Positions 41,448 through 50,570 of a DNA stretch of 60,532 bases are shown in pieces (position 1 is the stretch's first letter; each line of letters opens with the position of its first letter). This stretch comes from a virus: the IMG/VR virus record IMGVR_UViG_3300012349_000001. One strand, written 5' to 3'. The notes below the pieces were generated by a model that searched no databases, had not been told where the DNA came from, and saw only the letters and a program-made list of their open reading frames with translations. A program made the position numbers and the translations under genes.

Positions 41448-41558
41448 CAATGCAGTTTTGGATAGGGATTGGTGTAGGGATAGTGGCGACAGTTGTATGC
41501 GGTGCTCTCATCTTCTACATCGAATTGAGGAGGAATCCGCCATGGTAGAGAGGATGCT

Positions 41559-41786
41559 ATGCATTTTGTAGGCATAAAGTGTGAAACTTGCAGCAAATTA
41601 GCGAATACGAATGATGCTATAGACAATTTGCCAAGGGGATGGATAGCTCTTGTGCAGTATTGTGGATTTAAGCTCTTTAGCTCAGCTAGTAACGAAGCTC
41701 TGCACTTTTGCTCATGGAAGTGCCTGTATGTCTGGACAAGAGAGCGCGAAAGCTCTGAGGTTGTAGAGCAAGAGAGTGCTAAATGA
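41559..41786 (+). CDS. Cys-containing hypothetical protein, 75 aa
   Basis: SD GAGAGGATG region before the start; CETC...CSWKC. Confidence 0.5.
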   Translation: MHFVGIKCETCSKLANTNDAIDNLPRGWIALVQYCGFKLFSSASNEALHFCSWKCLYVWTRERESSEVVEQESAK

Positions 41787-42018
41787 TCTATCGTCTCGCT
41801 ATGGGCCCAAAAGGTGCTCAAGTCGTTACGCTTCAATCAGAGCAAGAGCAGCATGGACAGCCAAAGAATATGGTTTCACACAAGATGCGTACGAGAAGCA
41901 TCACCATGCTGTAGCGGCTCTGTTCTCGCTCAAGATACGACTCGGGGCGAAATTGACGCAAGCGGAATTGTATCAAGTATCGGCTTTGCTAGAGGATGTT
42001 GCACATGGTGGACAATGA
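41776..42018 (+). CDS. hypothetical protein, 80 aa (frame uncertain)
   Basis: Three overlapping frames are open here. This one has the most protein-like C-terminal half. Confidence 0.35.
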   Translation: MLNDLSSRYGPKRCSSRYASIRARAAWTAKEYGFTQDAYEKHHHAVAALFSLKIRLGAKLTQAELYQVSALLEDVAHGGQ

Positions 42019-42078
42019 GCGATAAGATGGCAGCGTTTTGGCGGGAAGTGGCAAATTTTGGCAGGAAAATGCACGGAT

Positions 42079-42552
42079 ATGGCAGAAGAAGAAATTCTTA
42101 CAGTAAAGCAATCTCAGCTTATTGAGTTGATTATAGCTGGCAAAACACAGGAAGAAGCGGCGACTACTCTTGAAGTTGGAGCAAGAACAGTAGCTCGATG
42201 GATGACACTGCCTCACGTAAAAAAAGCCTATGAAGAATTAAAAAGTGATGTATCGCTGCAAGTTCGCGAAAAGATCAAAGGGCTTTCCGATAAAGCTCTC
42301 GATGCATTAAAAGACAGTTTAGAGTGTAAGTCTAGTTTAGTAAAATTTCAGGCATCAACCTATGTTTTAGAGCGTGTAGCGCCCGCTGAGAAGCAGACAC
42401 AGCAATCACAAGAAGACGAAAGAATAGATGCAAACTTGGTGCCATATATGACGAATGAAGAGCGAATAACCGTTGCCGATATCATTCAGCGTGCAAAAGA
42501 GCGAAAAGTAGAAGCAGAGGAAAAGATCACTCCCATTAGGAAACACGCATGA
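42079..42552 (+). CDS. terminase small subunit candidate with an N-terminal HTH, 157 aa
   Basis: LTVKQSQLIELIIAGKTQEEAATTLEVGARTVARW. Overlaps the terL start (ATGA). Confidence 0.6.
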   Translation: MAEEEILTVKQSQLIELIIAGKTQEEAATTLEVGARTVARWMTLPHVKKAYEELKSDVSLQVREKIKGLSDKALDALKDSLECKSSLVKFQASTYVLERVAPAEKQTQQSQEDERIDANLVPYMTNEERITVADIIQRAKERKVEAEEKITPIRKHA

Positions 42553-44033
42553 TCATTGCTGACTCTTTATTAACCATTATAGAAGCTGAAAAGGCTAGAA
42601 GTGACTTTGCAACATTTGTAAAGGAAGCTTGGCATGAGCTAGAGCCAGACACACCGCTGCTGTGGAACTGGCATCTTGACGCGCTTTGTGTCCATCTGCA
42701 AGCTCTCTACACCCGCGAAATCACCCGTCTCATCATTGGTATAGCCCCGGGCCACGCGAAATCTACCCTCGTCTCTGTGATGTTTCCTGTCTGGTGCTGG
42801 ATAAATGACCCGTATTCCAGGTGGCTTTGTGCCTCTCATAGCTTGGATTTAGCTATTCGTGATAATCGTTATCGTCGTCGCTTGATAGAGTCTGAATGGT
42901 TTCAAGAGCGATATGGGCATATCTTCAAATTTGCGCATGACCAGAGGCTCAAGTCTTACTATGAGAATGACAAAAAAGGATATCATATGGCTCTAGCTGT
43001 ACGTGGTAGTGGAACAGGCAAGAGAGGAACACACCTGCTCATAGACGATCCGCACAATGCTATGGAGGGTGAAGCTGACCAAAGGGCAGTGATAGAGTGG
43101 TTTGGCAAGACTTGGATGAGTCGCATTAATGACCAGCGTACAGGCCTCATGGCACTAGTCGGCCAGCGGCTGCGTGCTAACGACCTGATTGGTCACATTC
43201 TCGAATTAGGTGGATGGGAACATCTCTGTTTGCCAGAAGAATATGAGCCTAGTCGCAAGAGTATCACGAAGATTGGCTGGCAAGATCCGCGTGCAGAGGA
43301 AGGTGAGTTACTTTGGCCTGACAGGTATCCGAAAGAGGTGCTCGATAAGCTAAAGCTAGGGCTAGGTAGTCTCGACTATGCAGCGCAATTTCAGCAGCGT
43401 CCGGTGCCTGCTGAAGGCGGTCAATTCCGCAAAGAATGGTTTAGATATTTCACTCAAAATGCGGAATACTACACTCTTGAGACTGATACAGGGATCAAGA
43501 ACATATTTACTGGCAACTGCTACAACCTCATCACGGTTGACGTGGCTATCTCGCAAAAGCAAACAGCAGACTACACCGTGATTTGTGTGTGGGCTATCAC
43601 GCCACAAAAGGAATTGCTCTTGATCGATCGCATTAGGGCGCGTCTCAATAATCCTGAGCAGCAAAAACAAATCAAGCTCCTCTACCAGCGGTATAACCCC
43701 GATTCTATCGATATTGAGAACGTGGCCTACCAGCTTGCGCTTATTCAGCAGTTGCTCGAGCAGGGTCTACCAGTTCGTGAATATCGACCTGTGAAGGACA
43801 AGGTTTCGCGTGCCTCTACCGCTGCTGTATTCTACGAGGCAAGCCGTGTCTATCATCCCAAAAATGCTAGCTGGCTACCAGAATGGGAAGACGAGTTGCT
43901 TTTATTCCCTTTAGCAACACATGACGACCAGGTAGACAATGCAAGTATGGCTTGTGATGTGATGGCAAAACATGGAATTGAGCTACTTGACGACGAAACA
44001 GCTAATGCAATACGCGGATATGTGGGGTTTTAG
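42549..44033 (+). CDS. terL: terminase large subunit, 494 aa
   Basis: Walker A-like GIAPGHAKST, Walker B HLLIDDP, coupling motif VGQRLRANDL, nuclease motif THDDQVDNAS. Confidence 0.9.
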   Translation: MIIADSLLTIIEAEKARSDFATFVKEAWHELEPDTPLLWNWHLDALCVHLQALYTREITRLIIGIAPGHAKSTLVSVMFPVWCWINDPYSRWLCASHSLDLAIRDNRYRRRLIESEWFQERYGHIFKFAHDQRLKSYYENDKKGYHMALAVRGSGTGKRGTHLLIDDPHNAMEGEADQRAVIEWFGKTWMSRINDQRTGLMALVGQRLRANDLIGHILELGGWEHLCLPEEYEPSRKSITKIGWQDPRAEEGELLWPDRYPKEVLDKLKLGLGSLDYAAQFQQRPVPAEGGQFRKEWFRYFTQNAEYYTLETDTGIKNIFTGNCYNLITVDVAISQKQTADYTVICVWAITPQKELLLIDRIRARLNNPEQQKQIKLLYQRYNPDSIDIENVAYQLALIQQLLEQGLPVREYRPVKDKVSRASTAAVFYEASRVYHPKNASWLPEWEDELLLFPLATHDDQVDNASMACDVMAKHGIELLDDETANAIRGYVGF

Positions 44034-44035
44034 CT

Positions 44036-45721
44036 ATGAGTATATTTGGTGGCTTTCTGCAAGCGGGACAGTACCTCTATGCAGCGATGCGACGTGTGTT
44101 CGACAATCCTGCCAACGACTTTACAGAAGACACGTTCTATCAGCGTGAGCTCGACTATATGCTGCTGTGGGCCTACTACAACGGCTCCATGTTCGATAAG
44201 TCTGCTCGCCTCATAAACGGCTTCGGTATGACTGGGTGGACGTTCAGAAGTTGGGATCGCTATAGAGCCAATTACAACCTCTACAGAAATATCCGCTTGA
44301 TCTACAATCCCTGCCGTCGCCTGGTGGACTTCTACGCAGGTACAATTTACCCAGGCGTACTTTCTGAGGATGGAGACGATTTGCCAGACGGCGTTACACT
44401 CGCGATTCCCTTCTCAGAGGACACAAAACCTGAGCTGAAAGCAGCCGTAGCTCAGTTCTGGGAATGGTCAAACTGGCAAGCGAAAAAGTCTGTTGAGGTC
44501 CGCTATGGAGCTGCTCTAGGCTCTGTTTTGGTGGAAGTTGTTGATGACTTTGAGCAAGGCTATGTATGTGCTGAAATCGTGTGGCCTGGCTTCGTTTGGG
44601 ATTTGGAGCTTGACTACTCAGGAAATGTTACCTCATATGTTATCCAATACAGCGCAAAAGATGAAGAAGGTTTCTATCTCTATAAAAAGGAAGTTGACAT
44701 CAACTCATTCCGCTACTACAGAAATGATGAACCATACGACTACGGGCAAGGTGCTGTTGTACCGAACATTTACGGCTTCATTCCTGCCGTGTGGATCAAG
44801 CATCAAGATTCTGGCAATGACCATGGCAGCCCCTGTATCGCTGGCAGCATGGCAAAGATCGATGAGCTGAATAGCCTCGTGAGCCATGTGCATGATCAAA
44901 TTCACAAGGTCATCGGAGCGCCGCTAATCATGTGGTCATCTGGGAGCATTGCTAATCTTTTCCCTACTGCCAAGCGTGGGCCGACATCGGAATTTGTCGA
45001 GCCGACCACAGATCAGGAAGCCATCCTCATGCTAAAAGGACCCGCCGACGGGCGACTTGATAGCTTGGTAGGGAACCTTGCGTTAGGGGATACGCTGCCA
45101 ATTATTCAGCAGACGCTTGGTGAAATTGAGGATGACAATCCCGAGTTGACCTTCTATAAGCAGCTCAGGGAGATGTCACAAGTCACCGGACCTGCGGCGT
45201 CTAGGCTTGTGGGAGACGTGGCTGGACGTGTGGTAGAGGCTCAAGCTGTATACGATCAGTTTAACATCAAGCTCTTTGGTATGGCTGTGGCGATCGGTGG
45301 CTACCGTGCCAATTCAGGCGCGTGGGGACCGCTCAGTGATCAGCAGAAGAAGTTCCTGCCGTTCAATCTCGACTCTTACAAAGCAGGAGATCTTGAAATG
45401 GCCATCATGCCACGTCCGCTACTCACGCCCACAAAGCAGGAGAAATCACAGGAGAGCTTGGCAATGTGGCAAGGCGTACAGGCCGCTGTAACTGCTGGTG
45501 TGCCTCTCAAGCTCGTCCTAGCGCAAGAGGGGTGGACTGATGAGGAGATTGCAGAGCTTGAGCAAGTACAGCAAGAGGAGGATGCGGCTCAGCAAGCCAA
45601 GTTTGAGCAGCAACAGAAGATCATGGCTCAGAATCAACCTCCTCAGCAGAATGCTCAGAATAATCCAATGCAGAGCAGCGACAATCCAGCTAATCAGCAG
45701 CAAAAGCAACTAGTAGGATAG
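44036..45721 (+). CDS. portal protein, 561 aa
   Basis: Size and position directly after terL. Q-rich acidic C-terminal tail. Confidence 0.75.
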   Translation: MSIFGGFLQAGQYLYAAMRRVFDNPANDFTEDTFYQRELDYMLLWAYYNGSMFDKSARLINGFGMTGWTFRSWDRYRANYNLYRNIRLIYNPCRRLVDFYAGTIYPGVLSEDGDDLPDGVTLAIPFSEDTKPELKAAVAQFWEWSNWQAKKSVEVRYGAALGSVLVEVVDDFEQGYVCAEIVWPGFVWDLELDYSGNVTSYVIQYSAKDEEGFYLYKKEVDINSFRYYRNDEPYDYGQGAVVPNIYGFIPAVWIKHQDSGNDHGSPCIAGSMAKIDELNSLVSHVHDQIHKVIGAPLIMWSSGSIANLFPTAKRGPTSEFVEPTTDQEAILMLKGPADGRLDSLVGNLALGDTLPIIQQTLGEIEDDNPELTFYKQLREMSQVTGPAASRLVGDVAGRVVEAQAVYDQFNIKLFGMAVAIGGYRANSGAWGPLSDQQKKFLPFNLDSYKAGDLEMAIMPRPLLTPTKQEKSQESLAMWQGVQAAVTAGVPLKLVLAQEGWTDEEIAELEQVQQEEDAAQQAKFEQQQKIMAQNQPPQQNAQNNPMQSSDNPANQQQKQLVG

Positions 45722-45733
45722 AAAGGGTAGAGC

Positions 45734-46096
45734 ATGAATAGCAGATACGATGGTGAGCTAATACTACCTGATGGTACTCATGTGCGTACTGTACCAGAAC
45801 TACCTATACTCGATTGGAGCTTAGAGCGCGATCCTGTAGAAGAGTCTGTCAAGCCTGATTTTAGAAGCATAGCCAATACTACGTTTAAAGCAACCGGTAC
45901 GCTTACATCACGAGATATAACATCATTGATGGATATGATGGTTGATCATTATCTTACACCACCTGAAATATACGTCCATGTGCCTAATCATCGCTATTGG
46001 CAGATTCAATATGCTGCGCAAGGCAAGCACTATCCCAGACCTCGCAAGCGCAAGAGTCAGGCAAGGATGAGCAAGAAATGGAGAGGTAGAACATGA
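45734..46096 (+). CDS. hypothetical head-module protein, 120 aa
   Basis: SD AAAGGGTAGAG before the ATG; basic C-terminus. Confidence 0.55.
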   Translation: MNSRYDGELILPDGTHVRTVPELPILDWSLERDPVEESVKPDFRSIANTTFKATGTLTSRDITSLMDMMVDHYLTPPEIYVHVPNHRYWQIQYAAQGKHYPRPRKRKSQARMSKKWRGRT

Positions 46097-46623
46097 CGTG
46101 TGTCGTAGGGTTGGTATCAGATGAAAAAGTGTACATCGGCAGTGACAGTCTTGGCACTGATGAGAACGGCAAGACGCTTATCAGCACCTATGGGAAGATC
46201 ATACGCTTAGGTGACTTTCTCATAGGTAAAGCAGGTTCCATTCGTATGGGTCAAATCTTGCAGTATTCTTTCAAGCCTCCTGTTTGCGAAACTGAAGATA
46301 CTGCTTGTTATATAGCTACGCTATTTGTTGAGGAGATGCGAGCATGTTTCGATAAATATGGCTTAAAAGACGATGATAGAGGCGTGATGCTCGTAGGCTT
46401 CAAAGGCAGGCTGTTCTATATCAGTGCGCACAATTATCAGATTGAGGAGGATGTGTGTGGGTATAACGCGATAGGATGCGCTACTGACATAGCTCTCGGC
46501 TCACTCTACACAACGGAAGGCGTGGCGGATTGGCTTCCTGGAAGTCGTGTAAAGATGGCGTTAGAAGCATCTGAAAAGCACAACGCGAATGTGAGAGGTC
46601 CTTTCGTGATAGAGTCGGTTTAA
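46093..46623 (+). CDS. proteasome beta/HslV-like Ntn-hydrolase (prohead protease candidate), 176 aa
   Basis: MT-CVVGLVSDEKVYIGSDSLGT with Thr at position 2. Also KIIRLGDFLIGKAGS, GVMLVGFKGRLFYIS and YNAIGCATDIALGSL. Confidence 0.55.
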   Translation: MTCVVGLVSDEKVYIGSDSLGTDENGKTLISTYGKIIRLGDFLIGKAGSIRMGQILQYSFKPPVCETEDTACYIATLFVEEMRACFDKYGLKDDDRGVMLVGFKGRLFYISAHNYQIEEDVCGYNAIGCATDIALGSLYTTEGVADWLPGSRVKMALEASEKHNANVRGPFVIESV

Positions 46624-46853
46624 TGCGAAAAGGACCTCATGTAGGGAAGTATCCGCGTGCTCGAAACAAAGATGGCACGTGGCGCAAGAAACGTTCTGAT
46701 GCTGGCAAGAAACGAGAGAAGAATATGAGTGAAGATGGCATCACGCAAGAGGAACTTACCACAATAAAGGATGGTATCCTCAACATTGCACGTGATATAG
46801 CACCAAGAGATGAACAGTTCAAGAACTTTGCAAGCTGCTTTGGGATGAGCTAG
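46623..46853 (+). CDS. basic hypothetical protein, 76 aa
   Basis: TAATG stop/start overlap with the previous gene (ATG 46623 starts on the last base of its TAA). Confidence 0.5.
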   Translation: MRKGPHVGKYPRARNKDGTWRKKRSDAGKKREKNMSEDGITQEELTTIKDGILNIARDIAPRDEQFKNFASCFGMS

Positions 46854-47092
46854 AGCAAGCTATTCGTCAAGATCCTGGATTTATTCCAGAGGGCAATCAT
46901 AGACGTGGCAAACATATCCCTGTATGGCAACAGATCATAGCGCGTCGAGCTTTTGACTTTGAAGCTCATACAGTAGGTCATACTCTTGAGTATCTGCATG
47001 AGTGTGGTAGGGAGATGCCAGGTGGTATGAAAACTAGGATAGTACCATCTATTCCAGACATGACCGAATTGCCAAAGGAGCAAGAGCAGTGA
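46814..47092 (+). CDS. start-less 92-codon ORF in the -1 frame of 46623-46853
   Basis: Protein-like sequence LWDELEQAIRQDPGFIPEGNHRRGKHIPVWQQIIARRAFDFEAH. Its TGA overlaps the next GTG start. No ATG, GTG or TTG near its 5' end. Confidence 0.4.
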   Translation, partial: TVQELCKLLWDELEQAIRQDPGFIPEGNHRRGKHIPVWQQIIARRAFDFEAHTVGHTLEYLHECGREMPGGMKTRIVPSIPDMTELPKEQEQ

Positions 47093-47310
47093 GCGATCCT
47101 GAAGGGTATCTCAAGTTCAGCAAAGGCTATGCTGTCTATTATTTTCAGCTTCACAAGGGCAGCGAGAGAGAATCGCATAAGGTTGTTGGCTTTGGCAGTA
47201 GAATGTGTGCTGCTATCCATCTAGAGCCTGCTGAAGCCTTGAATTTGCTCAGGTGGCTTGAGCAGGAGCGCGAAACTTTAGAGCGGCTAGCAAAGGAGCA
47301 AGATCCGTGA
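47089..47310 (+). CDS. hypothetical protein, 73 aa
   Basis: GTG start overlapping the previous stop (GTGA). Confidence 0.5.
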   Translation: MSDPEGYLKFSKGYAVYYFQLHKGSERESHKVVGFGSRMCAAIHLEPAEALNLLRWLEQERETLERLAKEQDP

Positions 47311-47705
47311 AACTTTGGAAACGCTTTCTCGACTGGCTGCACTACCTCAGACATCCTTCTACCGTCATCACCATGGACGAGGCACCTGCAAAAGGTGTAG
47401 ATATCCACTTTACCTATGAAGGCTCACAAGAGACGTGGCGTGTGTATGACAGGCCACTTACTGAGCAAGAGATACAGCAGCATGCTCAAGTACTACACGT
47501 TGATGGTGAGGCTGTAGCTGGGAAAATTAGTGATAACCTCCTGCCAGACATGCAGCAAAGAGCGAAGGAACGAGAGCAGGAACGTGTGAGAGCACTTGGC
47601 GACGTGCTTGATTGGCCTATTGGGGACTATTTTGAGTTTGGTAAGCCTGATACGAGCATGATGTACAGGTTTTTAGAAGAGGAGGAAGATGACACCAAAC
47701 ATTGA
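47307..47705 (+). CDS. hypothetical protein, 132 aa
   Basis: GTGA overlap with the previous gene. Confidence 0.55.
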   Translation: MKLWKRFLDWLHYLRHPSTVITMDEAPAKGVDIHFTYEGSQETWRVYDRPLTEQEIQQHAQVLHVDGEAVAGKISDNLLPDMQQRAKEREQERVRALGDVLDWPIGDYFEFGKPDTSMMYRFLEEEEDDTKH

Positions 47706-47994
47706 GATTGACAGACTTGATGGAAGTTGTCCAGTGCAAGCCACTGGCAAGATAGACGATCACTCAGCATTCTACTTCCGGGGCAGGCATGAGGCGTGGC
47801 AATTCGTAGCAGGCCCCAAAGAGCTGAGCACTGAGGAATTAGTTAGCGTTAAGCTTGGGTTTGCCTCTAATGATCGTGTATTTGTCTTAGAAGGTGACGA
47901 CGATGAGCGTTTGTACCTGGACTATGATCACGTGCGAGATGTCCTACAGACGTATGCTCAGCAGTATATCGAATGGATGAAAGAAAGAAGGTAA
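47689..47994 (+). CDS. hypothetical protein, 101 aa
   Basis: SD GAGGAGGAAG before the ATG. Confidence 0.6.
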   Translation: MTPNIEIDRLDGSCPVQATGKIDDHSAFYFRGRHEAWQFVAGPKELSTEELVSVKLGFASNDRVFVLEGDDDERLYLDYDHVRDVLQTYAQQYIEWMKERR

Positions 47995-47997
47995 GAA

Positions 47998-48237
47998 TTG
48001 AATAAAGGCGAAATACTCGTAGCTATCCACAATATGAGAGGTGAATATGCATATGAGCAGAATGAGACTCTCAAGAGAATAGGCAAGTCTGCACTCGAAG
48101 GCATGCCGATCCTGAACACAGACCTTGCAATCGCCTACTATGAAGCTAAAGCTAAAGTGTCTGTACTAGATGAGTTGCTTGAAAAGATAGCAAATACACC
48201 AGAGGATATAGGAGAGGTAAAGCATAATGCCAAGTGA
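47998..48237 (+). CDS. hypothetical protein, 79 aa
   Basis: TTG start after GAAGG. Confidence 0.5.
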   Translation: MNKGEILVAIHNMRGEYAYEQNETLKRIGKSALEGMPILNTDLAIAYYEAKAKVSVLDELLEKIANTPEDIGEVKHNAK

Positions 48238-48757
48238 CTTTTTAGTGGACTTGATAGACCACAAACGACGTGTAGGACTCTATCTACAGAAGGTAGCAAA
48301 TGCGCTATTTGGCAGAGCGATTGTACACGATAACTCCAAATTTAGTCCAGAAGAATATGAGCCGTATGACAAAGCCTTCCCTGAATTCAAGAAGCACGCG
48401 TTCGGATCTGAGGGAATGAAAGCCGTCTATGAGAGCATCAGTCCTGCACTAGACCATCACTTTGACCTTAATCGACACCATCCTGAGTACTTCAAAAGCG
48501 GTATTGACGGTATGAACTTGATAGATGTGATAGAGATGGTATGTGACTGGCTAGCTGCTTCTAGTAGAAGTAAGGTAGATATTCATACGGGGCTTTTGGT
48601 AAATAAAGAGAAATTTGGGATTGATGATCAATTGTTTGGGATTATTGAGAGAACAGTTATTGAGCTGACAGGTCCATCGTGTGCTCATCAACCTAATCCG
48701 AACACGCTGTATCCTGATGTGCTGCTCAGTGGAAAGGAGACACATGAAAAAGACTAA
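48227..48757 (+). CDS. DUF5662-like (HD-related) protein, 176 aa
   Basis: AIVHDNSKFSPEE...DHHFDLNRHHPEYF...EMVCDW pattern. Confidence 0.5.
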   Translation: MPSDFLVDLIDHKRRVGLYLQKVANALFGRAIVHDNSKFSPEEYEPYDKAFPEFKKHAFGSEGMKAVYESISPALDHHFDLNRHHPEYFKSGIDGMNLIDVIEMVCDWLAASSRSKVDIHTGLLVNKEKFGIDDQLFGIIERTVIELTGPSCAHQPNPNTLYPDVLLSGKETHEKD

Positions 48758-48799
48758 GAAGGGCAAAGGGAAGCCGATGAAAGGGAAAGGTGGGTATTG

Positions 48800-49417
48800 A
48801 TGACTGAGCAAGAACTTATAGAGCAACTAGCCGACAAAGAACATGCGTCGTGGGCTAGATGGCAACAATACTTACATAGTAAATGCCTGGATACGACGGC
48901 TGAGTATGTTCATGGAGAGGATAAAGAGAAAGCGCAAGCAATTACGAACTTATTATCGAAGTTTGAAGGTGCGATTATCGTCTTCCCAGAACTGGTAGAA
49001 CGTTGGCAACGGCAAGTAGATACACCCTATGCACAGCTATCAGAGCGTGAAAAGCAGTCTGATAGGGATGAAGTGGCTCACATTCTACCGATCATAGAGG
49101 AGTACGCACATAGCGAACCTCGTAACGCTACCCCGCTTGAAACTATCGATCTGAGGCTTCACAGGATAGAGAACACGCTAGCGCAGGCACGGGAAAACCC
49201 TAGCATGTCACTCTTAGACCTATCTGCTCTCACTCAGACGATAGCACGGATGGATCAACAGATCCGGCGCTTGGATACTGAGGTCTTTGCTACTGGGATA
49301 TCCATAGGCAAGGACGATACCACAGAGCGATCAAGGCAGACGCTTCTAGGCCGTGTAGACGAGTTGTCTGGTATGGCAGCACTCGGGCCTGTAGACCAGT
49401 CGTTTTTTGTGGAATAG
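48800..49417 (+). CDS. hypothetical protein, 205 aa
   Basis: ATG after AAAGGTGGG. Confidence 0.55.
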   Translation: MTEQELIEQLADKEHASWARWQQYLHSKCLDTTAEYVHGEDKEKAQAITNLLSKFEGAIIVFPELVERWQRQVDTPYAQLSEREKQSDRDEVAHILPIIEEYAHSEPRNATPLETIDLRLHRIENTLAQARENPSMSLLDLSALTQTIARMDQQIRRLDTEVFATGISIGKDDTTERSRQTLLGRVDELSGMAALGPVDQSFFVE

Positions 49418-49485
49418 CTCATGGCTAATCGAATATCTTGGATGTATTAACAGCATCTTGACAATATAGAAAGGTATCAAGTATC

Positions 49486-50094
49486 ATGGCCCCAACAACT
49501 CCAAATCCTACTCCAGGAGGCCAGGAGTCAAATAGAGTAGACCCCCCGGGCCAGGAGCCCAACTCAAAAGGCCAGGAGCCGAATGAGCCACCAAAGCAAA
49601 AGTTATCTCTTGAGGCGTTAGAAGCAATCGTTGCTGAGTTACGCGAAGAGAATGCCAAGAACCGCGTCAAGCTACAGAAGCATACTGATGAGCAGAAAAA
49701 GCAAGCAGCAGAAGCCCAGGCGGCTGAAGAGGCACGCTTAAAAGAGCAAAATCAGTTCAAAGAGCTTGCAGAGAAGTATGGAGCGAAAGTACAGGAGCTA
49801 GAGCCAGTACAGGAGCGCTATGCAGCTCTCTCGACACTTCTAGGAGATCAGATCAAGGCACAAGTCAAAGAATGGCCTAAAGAAGTCAAAGACCTTTTGC
49901 CAGGTGATGATACTCCGATTGAAGACCGATACGCTCAGATACAGAAGCTGCAGGCATTCGTAGACAAGCTCACAACGCAAGCTCGACAACCTGGTCATGG
50001 ACCCAATCCGAAGCCAGCAGGTGACCCGACTCAAGACGATCTCAAACAAAAAGAAATACAACGGTTACGCGCCACAAATAAATATAACGCTTAG
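49486..50094 (+). CDS. scaffolding protein, 202 aa
   Basis: Helical and rich in Ala, Glu, Lys and Gln. N-terminal GQE(S/P)N repeats. Located upstream of the capsid genes. Confidence 0.6.
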   Translation: MAPTTPNPTPGGQESNRVDPPGQEPNSKGQEPNEPPKQKLSLEALEAIVAELREENAKNRVKLQKHTDEQKKQAAEAQAAEEARLKEQNQFKELAEKYGAKVQELEPVQERYAALSTLLGDQIKAQVKEWPKEVKDLLPGDDTPIEDRYAQIQKLQAFVDKLTTQARQPGHGPNPKPAGDPTQDDLKQKEIQRLRATNKYNA

Positions 50095-50147
50095 GCGCAA
50101 ATACACCCTTTTGACCACTCTTTACAAGTGGGGAAGGAATTGCCCTT

Positions 50148-50543
50148 ATGGCATCTATAACACGGAGTGGACAAGTCAGTGTGACCACGTCCGTTCCTCC
50201 TACGAATTGTCAGCTATCAGGCTTATATGCAGGTGCTGCGCTCAGTGCTGGAGATGCCTGCTACATAAACACCTCAGACGGCAAAGTCTACCAGTCCATC
50301 GGCACGGCTGCAAACGCGGCTGCTGTGGTGGATGGTTTCACCCCCAGCGATGTCCCACTTGGTGAAGTTGTCACCCTCATGTGGCACGTCAACCTGCGCT
50401 ATGGGGCTGGTCTCTCACCCGGCAGCTTTGCCTATCTCGACACAGTAGCAGGCGGTTTAAGTACAGTAGCCACAACTGGTGGAACAGTGCCAATTGGCAG
50501 AGTTGTAGACGCAACACGTATCTATGTTCAGAAAAGCTATTAA
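50148..50543 (+). CDS. DUF2190-like head decoration/cement protein, 131 aa
   Basis: Small Gly/Ala/Val-rich beta protein (AGDACYI...GKVY...GEVVTL) directly before the major capsid gene. Confidence 0.5.
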   Translation: MASITRSGQVSVTTSVPPTNCQLSGLYAGAALSAGDACYINTSDGKVYQSIGTAANAAAVVDGFTPSDVPLGEVVTLMWHVNLRYGAGLSPGSFAYLDTVAGGLSTVATTGGTVPIGRVVDATRIYVQKSY

Positions 50544-50570
50544 GGCTCTATAGCAGAAAGGAGCCGATAA

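Noticed and set aside
41097-41836. - strand ORFs 41097-41450 and 41435-41836.
   Set aside because: They oppose a series of short + strand genes that have start/stop coupling, have no SDs, and sit in an otherwise unidirectional block.
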